Shown here piece by piece: positions 53,847 to 63,189 of a stretch of 64,000 bases of DNA; the first letter of the stretch is position 1; each line of letters starts with the position of its first letter. Source of the stretch: an uncultured bacterium. GTDB lineage: Bacteria > Hydrothermota > Tepidihabitantia > Tepidihabitantales > Tepidihabitantaceae. Below the pieces are notes generated by a model. It saw only the letters and a list, made by a program, of their open reading frames with translations. It ran no database searches and was not told the origin of the DNA. Location of the stretch: positions 31,291 through 95,290 of the forward strand of contig CAZVDD010000013.1 in assembly GCA_964626075.1 (NCBI GenBank), written 5' to 3'. The position numbers were made by a program, and so were the translations under genes.

Positions 53847-55061
53847 TTAACTTCCCCGGCCCAGCATCGTCCGGATGAATTCGTCGCCCTGCAAGACCCC
53901 TAAGGCGCCGGTCAAAACCGCCTGTTCATCAAACCGCTGTACCGAATCCGCCGGCAAATGCGGGTTGTAGATTGCCACCGGCACCGGTCCGTGCGTGTGG
54001 TTGCCCCTTGCCACGGGTGTTTTGTGGTCGGGCAGGACCGCAACCGTTGCCTGAATCTTTTTTTCTTCTAAACCCGCCATCACCCGGGAAACAAGCCTTG
54101 CGTCAAACAGCTCAATCGCTTTGACCTTCTGTTTGACATCACGGCTGTGGCCCGCCTCATCTGGTGCCTCAAGATGAAGGTAGACAAAGTCGTGGTCGTC
54201 AAGCGCCCGCAAGCAAGCGTCCGCCTTGCCTTCGTAGTTGGTGTCAATCAAGCCGGTGGCACCTGGTACCTCAATCACATCCAATCCGGCATAAACGCCC
54301 AAGCCTTTAATTAAATCAACCGCCGCGATGACCGCACCTTTTAAGCCGAAAAGTTCCTGATATGTGGGCATTGACGGCTTTTTGCCCGGGGACCAGAACC
54401 AGATGGAGTTTGCCGGGTCTTTGCCCTGGAGCGTGCGGTTAAGGTTGACCGCCTGTCCGGGCAGAATGTCCCAGGAGGATAAAGTCAGGTGGCGCAACAG
54501 TTGCGCGGTCGGTTCTGCCGCCGGCGTTTTTGCCCGGGGCAAAAGTTCCAGCGCCTTTTCGCCCACATAGTCGTGGGGTGGGAAGCATTCAATCTCGGCA
54601 GAACCCTTTTTCAGCACACACAGATGACGGTAGGTGAAGCCAGGATAGAATCGGACCGTCTCGTTTGCCAGTTGCCGGTTGACCTCTTCAATCAATAGTG
54701 CCGCCTCTTCGGTCGTGATATGGCCCGCGGAGTGGTTTTTGATTTTGCCGTCCTGGATGCAGATGAGGTTGCAGCGCAGCGCAACATCGTCCGGTTCCAG
54801 TTTCACCCCTAAACTTGCCGCCTCAATCACGCCCCGGCCCTGGTAGTAGCGATGCGGGTCATAGCCGAGGATCGTCAGGTTGGCAACCTCAGAGCCTGGT
54901 GGCATATCTTCGGTGACGGTGATGAAACTGCCGCACCTGCCAAGCCGGGCGATGCGGTCCAGGGTTGGTTTTTCTGCCACCTGTAAAGGGGTCTTGTTGC
55001 CCAGTTCTGGCACCGGGTCGTCCGCCATTCCATCACCTAAAAATACGATGTACTTCATCAC
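53847..55061 (-). CDS. Cofactor-independent phosphoglycerate mutase (ApgM)-like metalloenzyme (404 aa). Immediately downstream of thrC, so a candidate for the proposed non-orthologous homoserine kinase (TIGR02535-like).
   Basis: N-terminus YIVFLGDGMAD and metalloenzyme-superfamily organisation. Lies 6 nt downstream of thrC. Confidence 0.6.
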   Translation of the reverse strand: MMKYIVFLGDGMADDPVPELGNKTPLQVAEKPTLDRIARLGRCGSFITVTEDMPPGSEVANLTILGYDPHRYYQGRGVIEAASLGVKLEPDDVALRCNLICIQDGKIKNHSAGHITTEEAALLIEEVNRQLANETVRFYPGFTYRHLCVLKKGSAEIECFPPHDYVGEKALELLPRAKTPAAEPTAQLLRHLTLSSWDILPGQAVNLNRTLQGKDPANSIWFWSPGKKPSMPTYQELFGLKGAVIAAVDLIKGLGVYAGLDVIEVPGATGLIDTNYEGKADACLRALDDHDFVYLHLEAPDEAGHSRDVKQKVKAIELFDARLVSRVMAGLEEKKIQATVAVLPDHKTPVARGNHTHGPVPVAIYNPHLPADSVQRFDEQAVLTGALGVLQGDEFIRTMLGRGS

Positions 55062-55067
55062 CCGTTT

Positions 55068-56411
55068 TTAATTCGCCACCTTCTTCTTCAAGTAATCTTT
55101 GAACCAGTTGTAGTCTACCGGTCCGGTTTCGTAATTCTCCGGTTTTGTGTCCAGTCCCAGCAGCGCCTCGGGCGGTTCCGGCTCAATCCCGAGCAGACTT
55201 TTAATTTCTTCTGGGAACTTTGCCGGATGTGCGGTCTCAATCGCAATTGCCAGGTTGGGCTCTTTTTCCGCCCCGTACCGTTCCAGCGCTGCCCAGCCCA
55301 CCGCGCCGTGCGGCTCAAGCAGGATGTGATACTTTTTGTAGGTGTTGACGATTGTCTGACGGGTCTCGGCGTCGGTGATACTCAAGGAGAAGATATCGCG
55401 CTGCATCGCCTTGAGGTCAGGCGGTTTTATGATGTTGCCCTGTTCGTCCATCACCCCGGAGTAGAGCGCCACGAGCCGGGGTAAATTAGAAGGATGCCCG
55501 ACATTCATCGCATTGGAGATGCACTTGCGCGAGGGCACAATCTTTTCGTATCTACCGGTTTGTAAAAAATTCGGGAATTCGTCGTTCTCGTTGGTGGCGA
55601 TGATAAACCGTTCGGCGGGCAAACCCATTCGCCAGGCAAGCATTCCGGCGCACATATTGCCAAAGTTGCCGGATGGTACACAGAACACCGCCCGCGTGCC
55701 TTTTTCCGCCAGCTGGGCATAGGCGTAGAAGTAGTAAACCGCCTGGGGCAGAAGTCTACCAATGTTGATTGAGTTCGCCGAAGAGAACGGAATCTGTTTT
55801 AACTCCGGGTCGGCAAACGCCCGTTTGACCAACGCCTGACAGTCGTCAAACTTGCCGTCAATCCCGATTGTCGTCACATTGCCACCCAAGGTGGTCATCT
55901 GCTTGCGCTGCCGGTCAGACACCTCGGCAATCGGAAACAAAACCACCATCTTGATGCGGTCCACATTGTAAAACGCATGGGCAACCGCGCTGCCGGTGTC
56001 GCCTGAAGTCGCGGTCAATATGACCAGTTCGCCCCCAGACTGTTTTAAGATATAGCGCAGGAGCCGTGCCATCATCCGGGCGGCAAAGTCTTTGAAGGAG
56101 GCGGTGGGACCGCGGTCAAGTCGCATCAGAAACCGGTTGCCAACCACATTTTCTAAGGGCACCGGGTAGTTGTAGCACTCATAGCAGATTTTCAGAAGTT
56201 CATCATCGGGCAGGAGATGGGAAGTCCAGCGCCGCATCACCGCAAACGCCACCTCGGGATAAGGCTGGTCCGCGAGTTCATAAATCTCCTCTTCTGGAAT
56301 CACCGGAATCTGTTCCGGCATATACAACCCTTTGTCCGGTGCCTGACCAACAAGGAGCGCAGTGCCTAAATCAACCGGTGGCGCCTTCTGGTTGGTGGAA
56401 TAAAAGCGCAT
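55068..56411 (-). CDS. thrC: Threonine synthase (long form, 447 aa).
   Basis: PLP-lysine motif TASFKDFAAR and overall ThrC-like architecture. Confidence 0.85.
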   Translation of the reverse strand: MRFYSTNQKAPPVDLGTALLVGQAPDKGLYMPEQIPVIPEEEIYELADQPYPEVAFAVMRRWTSHLLPDDELLKICYECYNYPVPLENVVGNRFLMRLDRGPTASFKDFAARMMARLLRYILKQSGGELVILTATSGDTGSAVAHAFYNVDRIKMVVLFPIAEVSDRQRKQMTTLGGNVTTIGIDGKFDDCQALVKRAFADPELKQIPFSSANSINIGRLLPQAVYYFYAYAQLAEKGTRAVFCVPSGNFGNMCAGMLAWRMGLPAERFIIATNENDEFPNFLQTGRYEKIVPSRKCISNAMNVGHPSNLPRLVALYSGVMDEQGNIIKPPDLKAMQRDIFSLSITDAETRQTIVNTYKKYHILLEPHGAVGWAALERYGAEKEPNLAIAIETAHPAKFPEEIKSLLGIEPEPPEALLGLDTKPENYETGPVDYNWFKDYLKKKVAN

Positions 56412-56414
56412 CGG

Positions 56415-57818
56415 TTAAGCCCCTTCCAGCGCCTGCTTCAGGTCGGCGATGATGTCTTCCGGGTCTTCGCCACCCACCGAGAGCCTAATCAAATCCGCCG
56501 GAATGCACGCCATCTCTCGGCACTCTTCACCCTGAAGAAGGTGGGTGGAGATGGACGGGATGGTTGCCACCGTCTTGATTCTGCCCAAATCGGTTGCCCG
56601 CCAGATTAACTGGAAGCGGTCAAAAACCCGGCGCGTTGCCTGATGGCCACCTTTGAGCCGAAACGCCAAAAGATGGGTGTAACGGTTTATCGGCTTTAAG
56701 TAGCGCGGGTCTTTCTCGGCATCGACCAGATACAGGTATTTTGTGGCAACTTTGTGCCGGGGATGACTCTCCAGCCCGAGGTAACTCACCTCAAGAACCG
56801 CGGGATGCGCGGCGAGAAATTGCGCAACCCGTAGCGCATTCTGACTGAAAAGGTCCACCCGATGGCGCAGGTCGCGCAGGTCGTTTAATGTCATCAGCGC
56901 CTGAAACGGGTGTAAACAGCCGCCCTGGTCGCGCTGCGGATAGCGCTTGAGATAAAGGGCAAAGTCCTGCTTCATCTCTTCGTTGGTGATTGGGGAGACA
57001 ATCGGTTTGCGGGCGATAACCGCACCGGCCATTCCCATTCCCGAGGTACTCATCACCTTGGTCACCGAATGTATCACGATGTCGGCGCCCAGGGTTAAGG
57101 GACGCAGCAGTGCGGGTGAAGCAATCGTAGAATCCACGACCATCGGTATGCCGTGCTCGTGCGCCAGTTCAATCACCGGTTTTAAGTCAAAGAACTGAAG
57201 CCCGGGGTTGGATGGTACCTCAGCGTAAAGGAACCGGGTGTTGCGGTCAATCTTTTTGCGCCACTCGTCAAGGTCTTCCGGGTGCAGAACCCAGCGCACC
57301 TCAATGCCCCGCTCTGCCATCTTGCGGACATTGAACTGTTGGAAGGTGCCACCGTAAATCTGGCACTGGGAAACAAAGTTGGGTTTCTCGTCATTCTGCC
57401 GCACCAAAAGCGCATCGGTAACATTTTCAATCGCCGCCATTCCCGACGAGTAAACACAGCAACCCGCCTCAAGGTCAGCGCCGTAGGTTTCAAGTAAGGC
57501 AAGGGTGTTTTCCAAATAACCCAATGTCGGGTTGTGAATCCGGGTGTAGCACCAGGTTGGAATCTGGTAGGAGAGCGCCGCCTCCAGTTCGTCGGAGTCC
57601 CGATACGCCTGCGCCGAAGAGAGAAACAGCGGTTCGATAATTGCGCCCTGGTTTTTCTCAATCGCCTCTTCTACGGTGTACATACCCCGCACCGCAATCG
57701 TGTCAAACCGCTTCCTTTTCGCCCGCTCCCAGCGTCGCTTTTCTGCCGCCAGTTGCTCTTTTGCTGCGGCGATGTAGCGTTCGACGCCGGTTGCGGGCGC
57801 CGGTTTATTCATATCCAT
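56415..57818 (-). CDS. Divergent Cys/Met-metabolism PLP-dependent enzyme (MetY/MetZ/MetB-like, 467 aa) with a ~40 aa charged N-terminal extension.
   Basis: FDTIAVRG, AMENVT-like region and PLP-lysine region DIVIHSVTKVMSTSG (a degenerate match to the family signature). Confidence 0.55.
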   Translation of the reverse strand: MDMNKPAPATGVERYIAAAKEQLAAEKRRWERAKRKRFDTIAVRGMYTVEEAIEKNQGAIIEPLFLSSAQAYRDSDELEAALSYQIPTWCYTRIHNPTLGYLENTLALLETYGADLEAGCCVYSSGMAAIENVTDALLVRQNDEKPNFVSQCQIYGGTFQQFNVRKMAERGIEVRWVLHPEDLDEWRKKIDRNTRFLYAEVPSNPGLQFFDLKPVIELAHEHGIPMVVDSTIASPALLRPLTLGADIVIHSVTKVMSTSGMGMAGAVIARKPIVSPITNEEMKQDFALYLKRYPQRDQGGCLHPFQALMTLNDLRDLRHRVDLFSQNALRVAQFLAAHPAVLEVSYLGLESHPRHKVATKYLYLVDAEKDPRYLKPINRYTHLLAFRLKGGHQATRRVFDRFQLIWRATDLGRIKTVATIPSISTHLLQGEECREMACIPADLIRLSVGGEDPEDIIADLKQALEGA

Positions 57819-57993
57819 AAGTTCCTCCCTTATATTTTATCAACTAAAAGCATAAGAACCTTAAACCTTATTGTCAAACAAGGAGCGCGCGACCGGTTAA
57901 ATCCCACCTCGCAAAGGGCGAAAAAAGTGCCGCAGTTTGGTTTTGGCTTTCCGGGTTTTGCTCTATCCGGCAAGAAGTTGTGCCTGTCCAAGG

Positions 57994-58022
57994 TTGACCG
58001 TTTATGGATTTTCCGGTATTAT
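57994..58022 (+). promoter_or_regulatory. Leaderless-type promoter (TTGACC, 17 nt, TATTAT, 7 nt, ATG at 58030).
   Basis: Read directly. Supports the 58030 start rather than the ORF-track 57937. Confidence 0.5.
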
Positions 58023-58029
58023 AATTAAA

Positions 58030-59529
58030 ATGCGGTCTCTATTGAGGCTGAAAACGATTGGCGCCGGGCTTTTCGCGCTCCTCACCTTATCTGTCGCCGG
58101 GGTGAGAACTACAACCGACACCCTGCCACCACCGATTATCAACCGCCACTCTTTTGAACTTCTGCTCAACAGCCGGTACTCGGTGCATAGCGGTTTTGAA
58201 GACAGCCTTCCTGAACAAATCCTTGCCAATGTGCTCTGGGCAATGGCACGCGTGCCCTGCTCGGGCTCTTATCGGGAGTTCTATGTTGCCACCCGAGAAA
58301 ATGTGTATCGCTATCAGCCGGCAACACGCTCTTTGACCGTGCACCTTGCCGGTGACCATCGCTACTACTCCGGCTCGGCTTTTGAGATTGGCATCGCCAC
58401 ACCCCGGCACGAAGACGCCGGCATGGCGATTCAGGCGGGATTGATTGCCGCCACCGCTTTCCGGGATGAAACCGGCGGCAACGTTGTCTGCTGCCCAATG
58501 AAATGGGCGGCGGATTACGCCAACAGCAACTGGCACCCAGACCACCCGATAATGCTGGTCAATCTGTTTGGCAACGCACCGGCAAGGCATCTGGACTCAA
58601 CCCGGGCGGCACTCTCTTCTGACTCCAGTTTGCCCGCCCCCATTACCAAAGGGACCGACACCTTTGAACTGGCACTGATGGAGTTAACCCAGGATTCGCT
58701 CTTTTCGTCCGGTAACCTTTCGATCGAAACCGTTTCCCAGTTACTCTGGGCAGGTTATGGTGTTACCCCGCACACCACATCCAACAACCGTCAGGGTTTA
58801 ACCGTACCCAGTGCGGTCGCCGGCTACTTCCTAACCGGGAAAATTTACCTCGTCCGGGAAGAAGGTATTGAACGGTATCACAACCGGCTACCGCCGGGTA
58901 CCAACCTTACTACGCGCGACCATCGGCTGGAACGGGTTTTGAGCGGCGACCGCCGTGCCGATTTGCGACAAGCGGTAAGCCGGATCCCTTCAACCGCTCC
59001 TGCCTACATCGTTGTCTGTGTTGACGACACCTCCTCTTATCGGACAATGGCAGAGGTGGGGTTTGTTGCCTTCAACCTTTTGATGCAGGCACATATCCTC
59101 GGCCTCTCCGCTTTCCTAACAATGCCCCTGACCCCAAGCGAAAGAAGCGCCATTCAGAACGCCCTGCTTTTGCCCTCAAACCATTATCCCGCACTGGTGT
59201 TTTCGGTTGGTGGCACCGCGGTTGGCATCCGGGAACGCCGCGCCCGAACCGGAACCGTTCAAATTGTCCGTGCCCAGCCTGCGGTGCGGCATGGTTATCT
59301 GCGTATCGAATATCTCCTGCATCAATCCGGTATGGTGCGCGCCGAGGTTTTTGACCTCGTTGGCAGACCGGTACGCACCCTGTTTGAAGAGCGCCAGACC
59401 CCGGGTTACCATTCAATCGTGTGGGATGGCACCGATGAAAACGGTCGTGTCGTACGCCGCGGCACCTATCTTATCGCCATCTCAGCGAACGGTTTCGTGG
59501 CCCAACACAAGGTCAACTGGGCGAAGTAA
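58030..59529 (+). CDS. Secreted protein with two tandem SagB-type nitroreductase-like domains and a T9SS-type C-terminal sorting domain (499 aa).
   Basis: Signal peptide MRSLLRLKTIGAGLFALLTLSVAG. Two repeats of the SagB-like pattern (NRHSFE..LWAMARVP..FYVATRENVYRYQP..L / LWAGYGVT..R..PSA..YFLTGKIYLV..YHNRLP). The C-terminus VFDLVGRPV..TPGYHSIVWDGTDENGRVV..GTYLI..HKV is Por_Secre_tail-like. Confidence 0.6.
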   Translation: MRSLLRLKTIGAGLFALLTLSVAGVRTTTDTLPPPIINRHSFELLLNSRYSVHSGFEDSLPEQILANVLWAMARVPCSGSYREFYVATRENVYRYQPATRSLTVHLAGDHRYYSGSAFEIGIATPRHEDAGMAIQAGLIAATAFRDETGGNVVCCPMKWAADYANSNWHPDHPIMLVNLFGNAPARHLDSTRAALSSDSSLPAPITKGTDTFELALMELTQDSLFSSGNLSIETVSQLLWAGYGVTPHTTSNNRQGLTVPSAVAGYFLTGKIYLVREEGIERYHNRLPPGTNLTTRDHRLERVLSGDRRADLRQAVSRIPSTAPAYIVVCVDDTSSYRTMAEVGFVAFNLLMQAHILGLSAFLTMPLTPSERSAIQNALLLPSNHYPALVFSVGGTAVGIRERRARTGTVQIVRAQPAVRHGYLRIEYLLHQSGMVRAEVFDLVGRPVRTLFEERQTPGYHSIVWDGTDENGRVVRRGTYLIAISANGFVAQHKVNWAK

Positions 59530-59544
59530 TCTGAAAATTCGCTG

Positions 59545-59573
59545 TTGACAATTCGCTTGTCCCGTTTTAGAAT
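59545..59573 (+). promoter_or_regulatory. sigma70-like promoter of yebC (TTGACA, 17 nt, TAGAAT), with a ~40 nt leader and AGGAGG Shine-Dalgarno at 59606-11.
   Basis: Read directly. Confidence 0.5.
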
Positions 59574-59616
59574 AAGAAGGTGAAAATTTGTTTAACACTG
59601 ATCGCAGGAGGATATT

Positions 59617-60375
59617 ATGTCTGGCCATTCTAAATGGGCAACAATTAAGCATAAGAAGAGTAAGGCGGATGCTGCCCGGGGGCGCGCATTTTCCAAATTG
59701 ATTCGGGAAATCACCACTGCCGCCCGCATCGGTGGTGGCGACATTGAAGCCAACCCCCGTCTGCGTAGCGCAGTTGAAGCCGCAAAAGCAATCAATATGC
59801 CCGCCGAGAACATCGAACGGGCGATTAAACGGGGTACCGGTGAACTTCCGGGCGTAACTTATGAAGAGATTTTTTATGAAGGTTATGCACCAGGAGGCGT
59901 CGCGCTCCTTGTACGGGTTTTAACCGACAACAAAAACCGCACCACCGCAGAAATCCGCCATGTGTTTGACAAGTACGGCGGTTCGATGGGCGCTGCCGGT
60001 TGCGTTGCCTGGCAGTTTAAGCCCAAAGGGCTAATCGTGATTGAAAAAGGTAAGACGGACGAGGACACTGTCTTGTCGGTCGCGCTCGAAGCCGGTGCCG
60101 ACGATGTTCAAACAGATTCTGCCGGCTACACCGTGGTCACTTCAGTGGAAAACTTTGAAGGGGTAAAGCGGCAGTTGAAGGCTGCGGGCATCGAATGGCT
60201 CAACGCCGAACTTACCCAGGTGGCAACCAACACCGTGCCCGTTTCGGAAGCCGATGCGCCCAAAGTTTTGAAACTGATTGAGATGCTTGAAGAGCTGGAA
60301 GAAGTCCAGCAGGTTTATGCCAACTTCGACATCCCGGACGAGGTCCTCGAAAGAGTATCATCTGCCGGGAGTTAA
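59617..60375 (+). CDS. yebC: YebC/PmpR-family transcriptional regulator (252 aa).
   Basis: N-terminus MSGHSKWATIKHKK and overall family conservation. Confidence 0.9.
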   Translation: MSGHSKWATIKHKKSKADAARGRAFSKLIREITTAARIGGGDIEANPRLRSAVEAAKAINMPAENIERAIKRGTGELPGVTYEEIFYEGYAPGGVALLVRVLTDNKNRTTAEIRHVFDKYGGSMGAAGCVAWQFKPKGLIVIEKGKTDEDTVLSVALEAGADDVQTDSAGYTVVTSVENFEGVKRQLKAAGIEWLNAELTQVATNTVPVSEADAPKVLKLIEMLEELEEVQQVYANFDIPDEVLERVSSAGS

Positions 60376-60841
60376 ATTTAACCGCATCATCGGCATTGAC
60401 CCGGGGTTGAGTGCCACCGGGTTCGGTGTCCTGGAAAAGGGTAAGGTGCTCGGTTTTGGAGTGATAAGGACCGATGCTCGGGTACCAGTAGCCCAACGGC
60501 TTGCCCAACTGGGAAACGAACTGGAACAGGTTTTGAACCGGTTTAAACCTTCCTGCTGCGCAATAGAAACCCTTTTCTTTAAAAACGGTGGCGCGCGCAG
60601 TGTCATTCTCTCTGCCCAATCGCGCGGGGTGCTTATGTTCATATTAGCCCAAAAGAAAATCCCGATTTTTGAACTCACCCCCGCAACGATAAAACTGGCG
60701 ATAACCGGCTCGGGCCGGGCATCAAAGACCCAGTTGAACTTTATGGTACGGAAGGTGTTAAAGATTACCGGTGCGGTTCAGGAGCATGCCGCGGATGCGC
60801 TTGCGGTTGCCTACTGCCTTCAAAATCGACAGCCACGGTGA
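60317..60841 (+). CDS. ruvC: Crossover junction endodeoxyribonuclease RuvC. The start is uncertain: ATG 60317 would give a 26 aa extension overlapping yebC by 59 nt, and no canonical start lies nearer the IIGIDPG motif.
   Basis: IIGIDPGLSATGFGV catalytic motif and C-terminal HAADALAVA. ATGA/GTGA coupling to ruvA. Confidence 0.8.
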   Translation: MPTSTSRTRSSKEYHLPGVKFNRIIGIDPGLSATGFGVLEKGKVLGFGVIRTDARVPVAQRLAQLGNELEQVLNRFKPSCCAIETLFFKNGGARSVILSAQSRGVLMFILAQKKIPIFELTPATIKLAITGSGRASKTQLNFMVRKVLKITGAVQEHAADALAVAYCLQNRQPR

Positions 60842-61416
60842 TTGCCCAGATTCAGGGTCATTTAATCTCCAAAGAACCAACCCGGGTCCTTGTCAGTGCC
60901 GGTGGCATTGGGTTTGAACTCATCGTCCCCCTTTCCACCTCACGCCAGTTGCCCGACTGTGGCGAACCGGTAACCCTTCTCGTTGTGTTTAAACTTGACC
61001 GCTCGGGTGTTCAACTGTACGGATTTAACACCCGGGAGGAGAAGGAGGTTTTTGAACTCCTGACCGGCGTAAAAGGGGTAGGACCAAAAGCGGCTTTAAA
61101 CCTATTGTCCCGCTGGCCACCAGAAGAGATAACCATTGCGATTCGTCAGGGTAAAACCGAACTCCTCAGGTCCGCACCAGGAATCGGCCCCAAAAAGGTC
61201 GATGCCATACTCAAACGGTTTTCGGAAAATGTAGCGGTTGGCGTCGCAACAACGGCTGACCTGTGCAAACCAACAAACTTCGCCGAGGCGTTAAACGCCC
61301 TTGTTTCCCTTGGCTTAACCCGTAAAGAGGCGCAGGAAAGGCTAAATAGACTAAAAATCACACCCGAAATGAACCTCCAGGACATCTTGAAGCAGGCGCT
61401 TGCCCAGAAGGGTTAA
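60838..61416 (+). CDS. ruvA: Holliday junction DNA helicase RuvA (192 aa).
   Basis: N-terminus IAQIQG.L.......V....GIG(Y/F)E. HhH region [16 protein letters not shown] start overlaps the ruvC stop. Confidence 0.88.
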   Translation: MIAQIQGHLISKEPTRVLVSAGGIGFELIVPLSTSRQLPDCGEPVTLLVVFKLDRSGVQLYGFNTREEKEVFELLTGVKGVGPKAALNLLSRWPPEEITIAIRQGKTELLRSAPGIGPKKVDAILKRFSENVAVGVATTADLCKPTNFAEALNALVSLGLTRKEAQERLNRLKITPEMNLQDILKQALAQKG

Positions 61417-61420
61417 AACT

Positions 61421-62452
61421 ATGCCCCGGGTTGAAAGGCTGTCTTCACCCCATCCGCTGCGGGGTGAAGATGCAATCGAAGAAAGTTTAAGACCAAGGAG
61501 TCTAAACGAGTTTATAGGCCAGAGCCGACTGAAAGACAACCTCAGGGTGTTCATTCAGGCGGCAAAACTGCGCCAAGAGCCGCTCGAACATGTCCTTTTG
61601 TCTGGACCCCCTGGTCTCGGTAAAACAACCCTTGCCCACATCCTTGCCTATGAACTGGGCGGCGCAATTCACTGCTCATCCGGACCGGTGCTGGAAAGAC
61701 CCATTGACCTCGCCGGAATTTTAACCCGTCTTAACCGGGGAGACATCCTGTTTATCGATGAAATCCATCGGACAACAAAAGCGGTTGAGGAGTTTCTTTA
61801 TCCGGCACTGGAAGATTTTGCCATCGACATCCTGCTGGATAAAGGCCCTGGCGCCCGCTCGGAACGGATTGCGCTGGAAGGGTTTACGCTCGTCGGCGCC
61901 ACCACCCGGACCGGACTTTTAACCGCACCCCTACGCTCCCGGTTTGGCATCATACTCCGGCTGGATTACTACCCGCCCGATGAGTTGTGCGCCATCGTCC
62001 ATCGCAGTGCCCGTATTCTGCGGATTGATATCGAGGCAGACGGGGCAAAAGAGATTGCCACCCGTGCCCGTGGTACCCCAAGAATCGCCAATAGGCTTTT
62101 GCGCCGGGTTAGGGACTTCGCCCAGGTACAGGGCAAAAAAGAGATTGATAAGGAGATTGTTCAATTTGCCCTAAACCAGCTGGAGGTGGACTCGCGCGGT
62201 CTTGATGAAATGGATAAGAAAATCCTTTTAACCGTAATCGACAAATTCAATGGCGGACCGGTCGGCATCACCTCAATATCCGCCGCTGTTAGCGAAGACC
62301 CGGGAACAATTGAAGAAGTTTATGAGCCCTATTTACTCCAGCAGGGGTTTATCCAGCGCACCCCAAGAGGCAGGGTTGCAACGCCATTGGCGTACCAGCA
62401 CTTCGGCAGAAAACCGCCTTCCGGAACCCAACCAACGCTTGGGTTTGACTGA
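61421..62452 (+). CDS. ruvB: Holliday junction DNA helicase RuvB (343 aa).
   Basis: LRP.SL.EFIGQ, Walker [20 protein letters not shown] at 61421 is 5 nt after the ruvA stop. Confidence 0.92.
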   Translation: MPRVERLSSPHPLRGEDAIEESLRPRSLNEFIGQSRLKDNLRVFIQAAKLRQEPLEHVLLSGPPGLGKTTLAHILAYELGGAIHCSSGPVLERPIDLAGILTRLNRGDILFIDEIHRTTKAVEEFLYPALEDFAIDILLDKGPGARSERIALEGFTLVGATTRTGLLTAPLRSRFGIILRLDYYPPDELCAIVHRSARILRIDIEADGAKEIATRARGTPRIANRLLRRVRDFAQVQGKKEIDKEIVQFALNQLEVDSRGLDEMDKKILLTVIDKFNGGPVGITSISAAVSEDPGTIEEVYEPYLLQQGFIQRTPRGRVATPLAYQHFGRKPPSGTQPTLGFD

Positions 62453-62544
62453 GTTCTGTTGTATAACTAAATATAAATAAATAACTTATAAAATTGGCGG
62501 TATTTTCTTGACAGACAACCTCCTGCCGGTAATTATTTTATCCT

Positions 62545-63189
62545 ATGAACCGATGGGCGATTTTCGCCTTTTTTCTCGTTTCGGGCTGCCTTGGTCCCCG
62601 CGTCCAGAACGTTTATCTGGACCCGGTCCGGCAACTGCCGCCCGCCTGGCTTTTCTCTGGGGTTGGACCCGAGCAGGAGGTAAAAACCGCCCGCTACCTT
62701 GGCAAATTCAAAATCACATATTATTGGGTAGTGGAAGAAAAGGATTACCCGAGTAGCCGAACCGTTCCCTTATACACCGCAGACGGTTCACTTCTCGGTA
62801 GATTTTCCCCCTCATTTGTAAACGACTTCAAAACCGAATCTGCTGCCCGGCTCAAGGACGGTACCTGCCTCAGTTACTTAAAAAAGCAGAATCGGGCTAA
62901 AGTGGTAAAAAAATTTCTGGGCCACGGCGGATACACACTTACAGAACTCAAGTCCGTCGCAGTTGACCCTAAGGTAATACCTCTTGGCTCAACAATTTAC
63001 ATTCCCCAGGCAGAGAATGTCGTCGTTGAAGGTAAACGCCTGAACGGTATCTTTTATGCCCATGATATCGGCAGCGCGGTAGAAGGCAAGCACATCGACA
63101 TCTTTATCGGTAAAAAGTCCAATATGGCGGCGCTTGCCTCAGCGGGGTTGAAAAGTTCTGGTAGCGTCGATGTCTACATACTTGAATAA
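62545..63189 (+). CDS. 3D-domain (MltA-like) lipoprotein (214 aa).
   Basis: Lipobox LVSGC. C-terminal 3D-domain pattern (VAVDPKVIPLGS.IYI....DIGSAV.G.HIDIF). Confidence 0.6.
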   Translation: MNRWAIFAFFLVSGCLGPRVQNVYLDPVRQLPPAWLFSGVGPEQEVKTARYLGKFKITYYWVVEEKDYPSSRTVPLYTADGSLLGRFSPSFVNDFKTESAARLKDGTCLSYLKKQNRAKVVKKFLGHGGYTLTELKSVAVDPKVIPLGSTIYIPQAENVVVEGKRLNGIFYAHDIGSAVEGKHIDIFIGKKSNMAALASAGLKSSGSVDVYILE

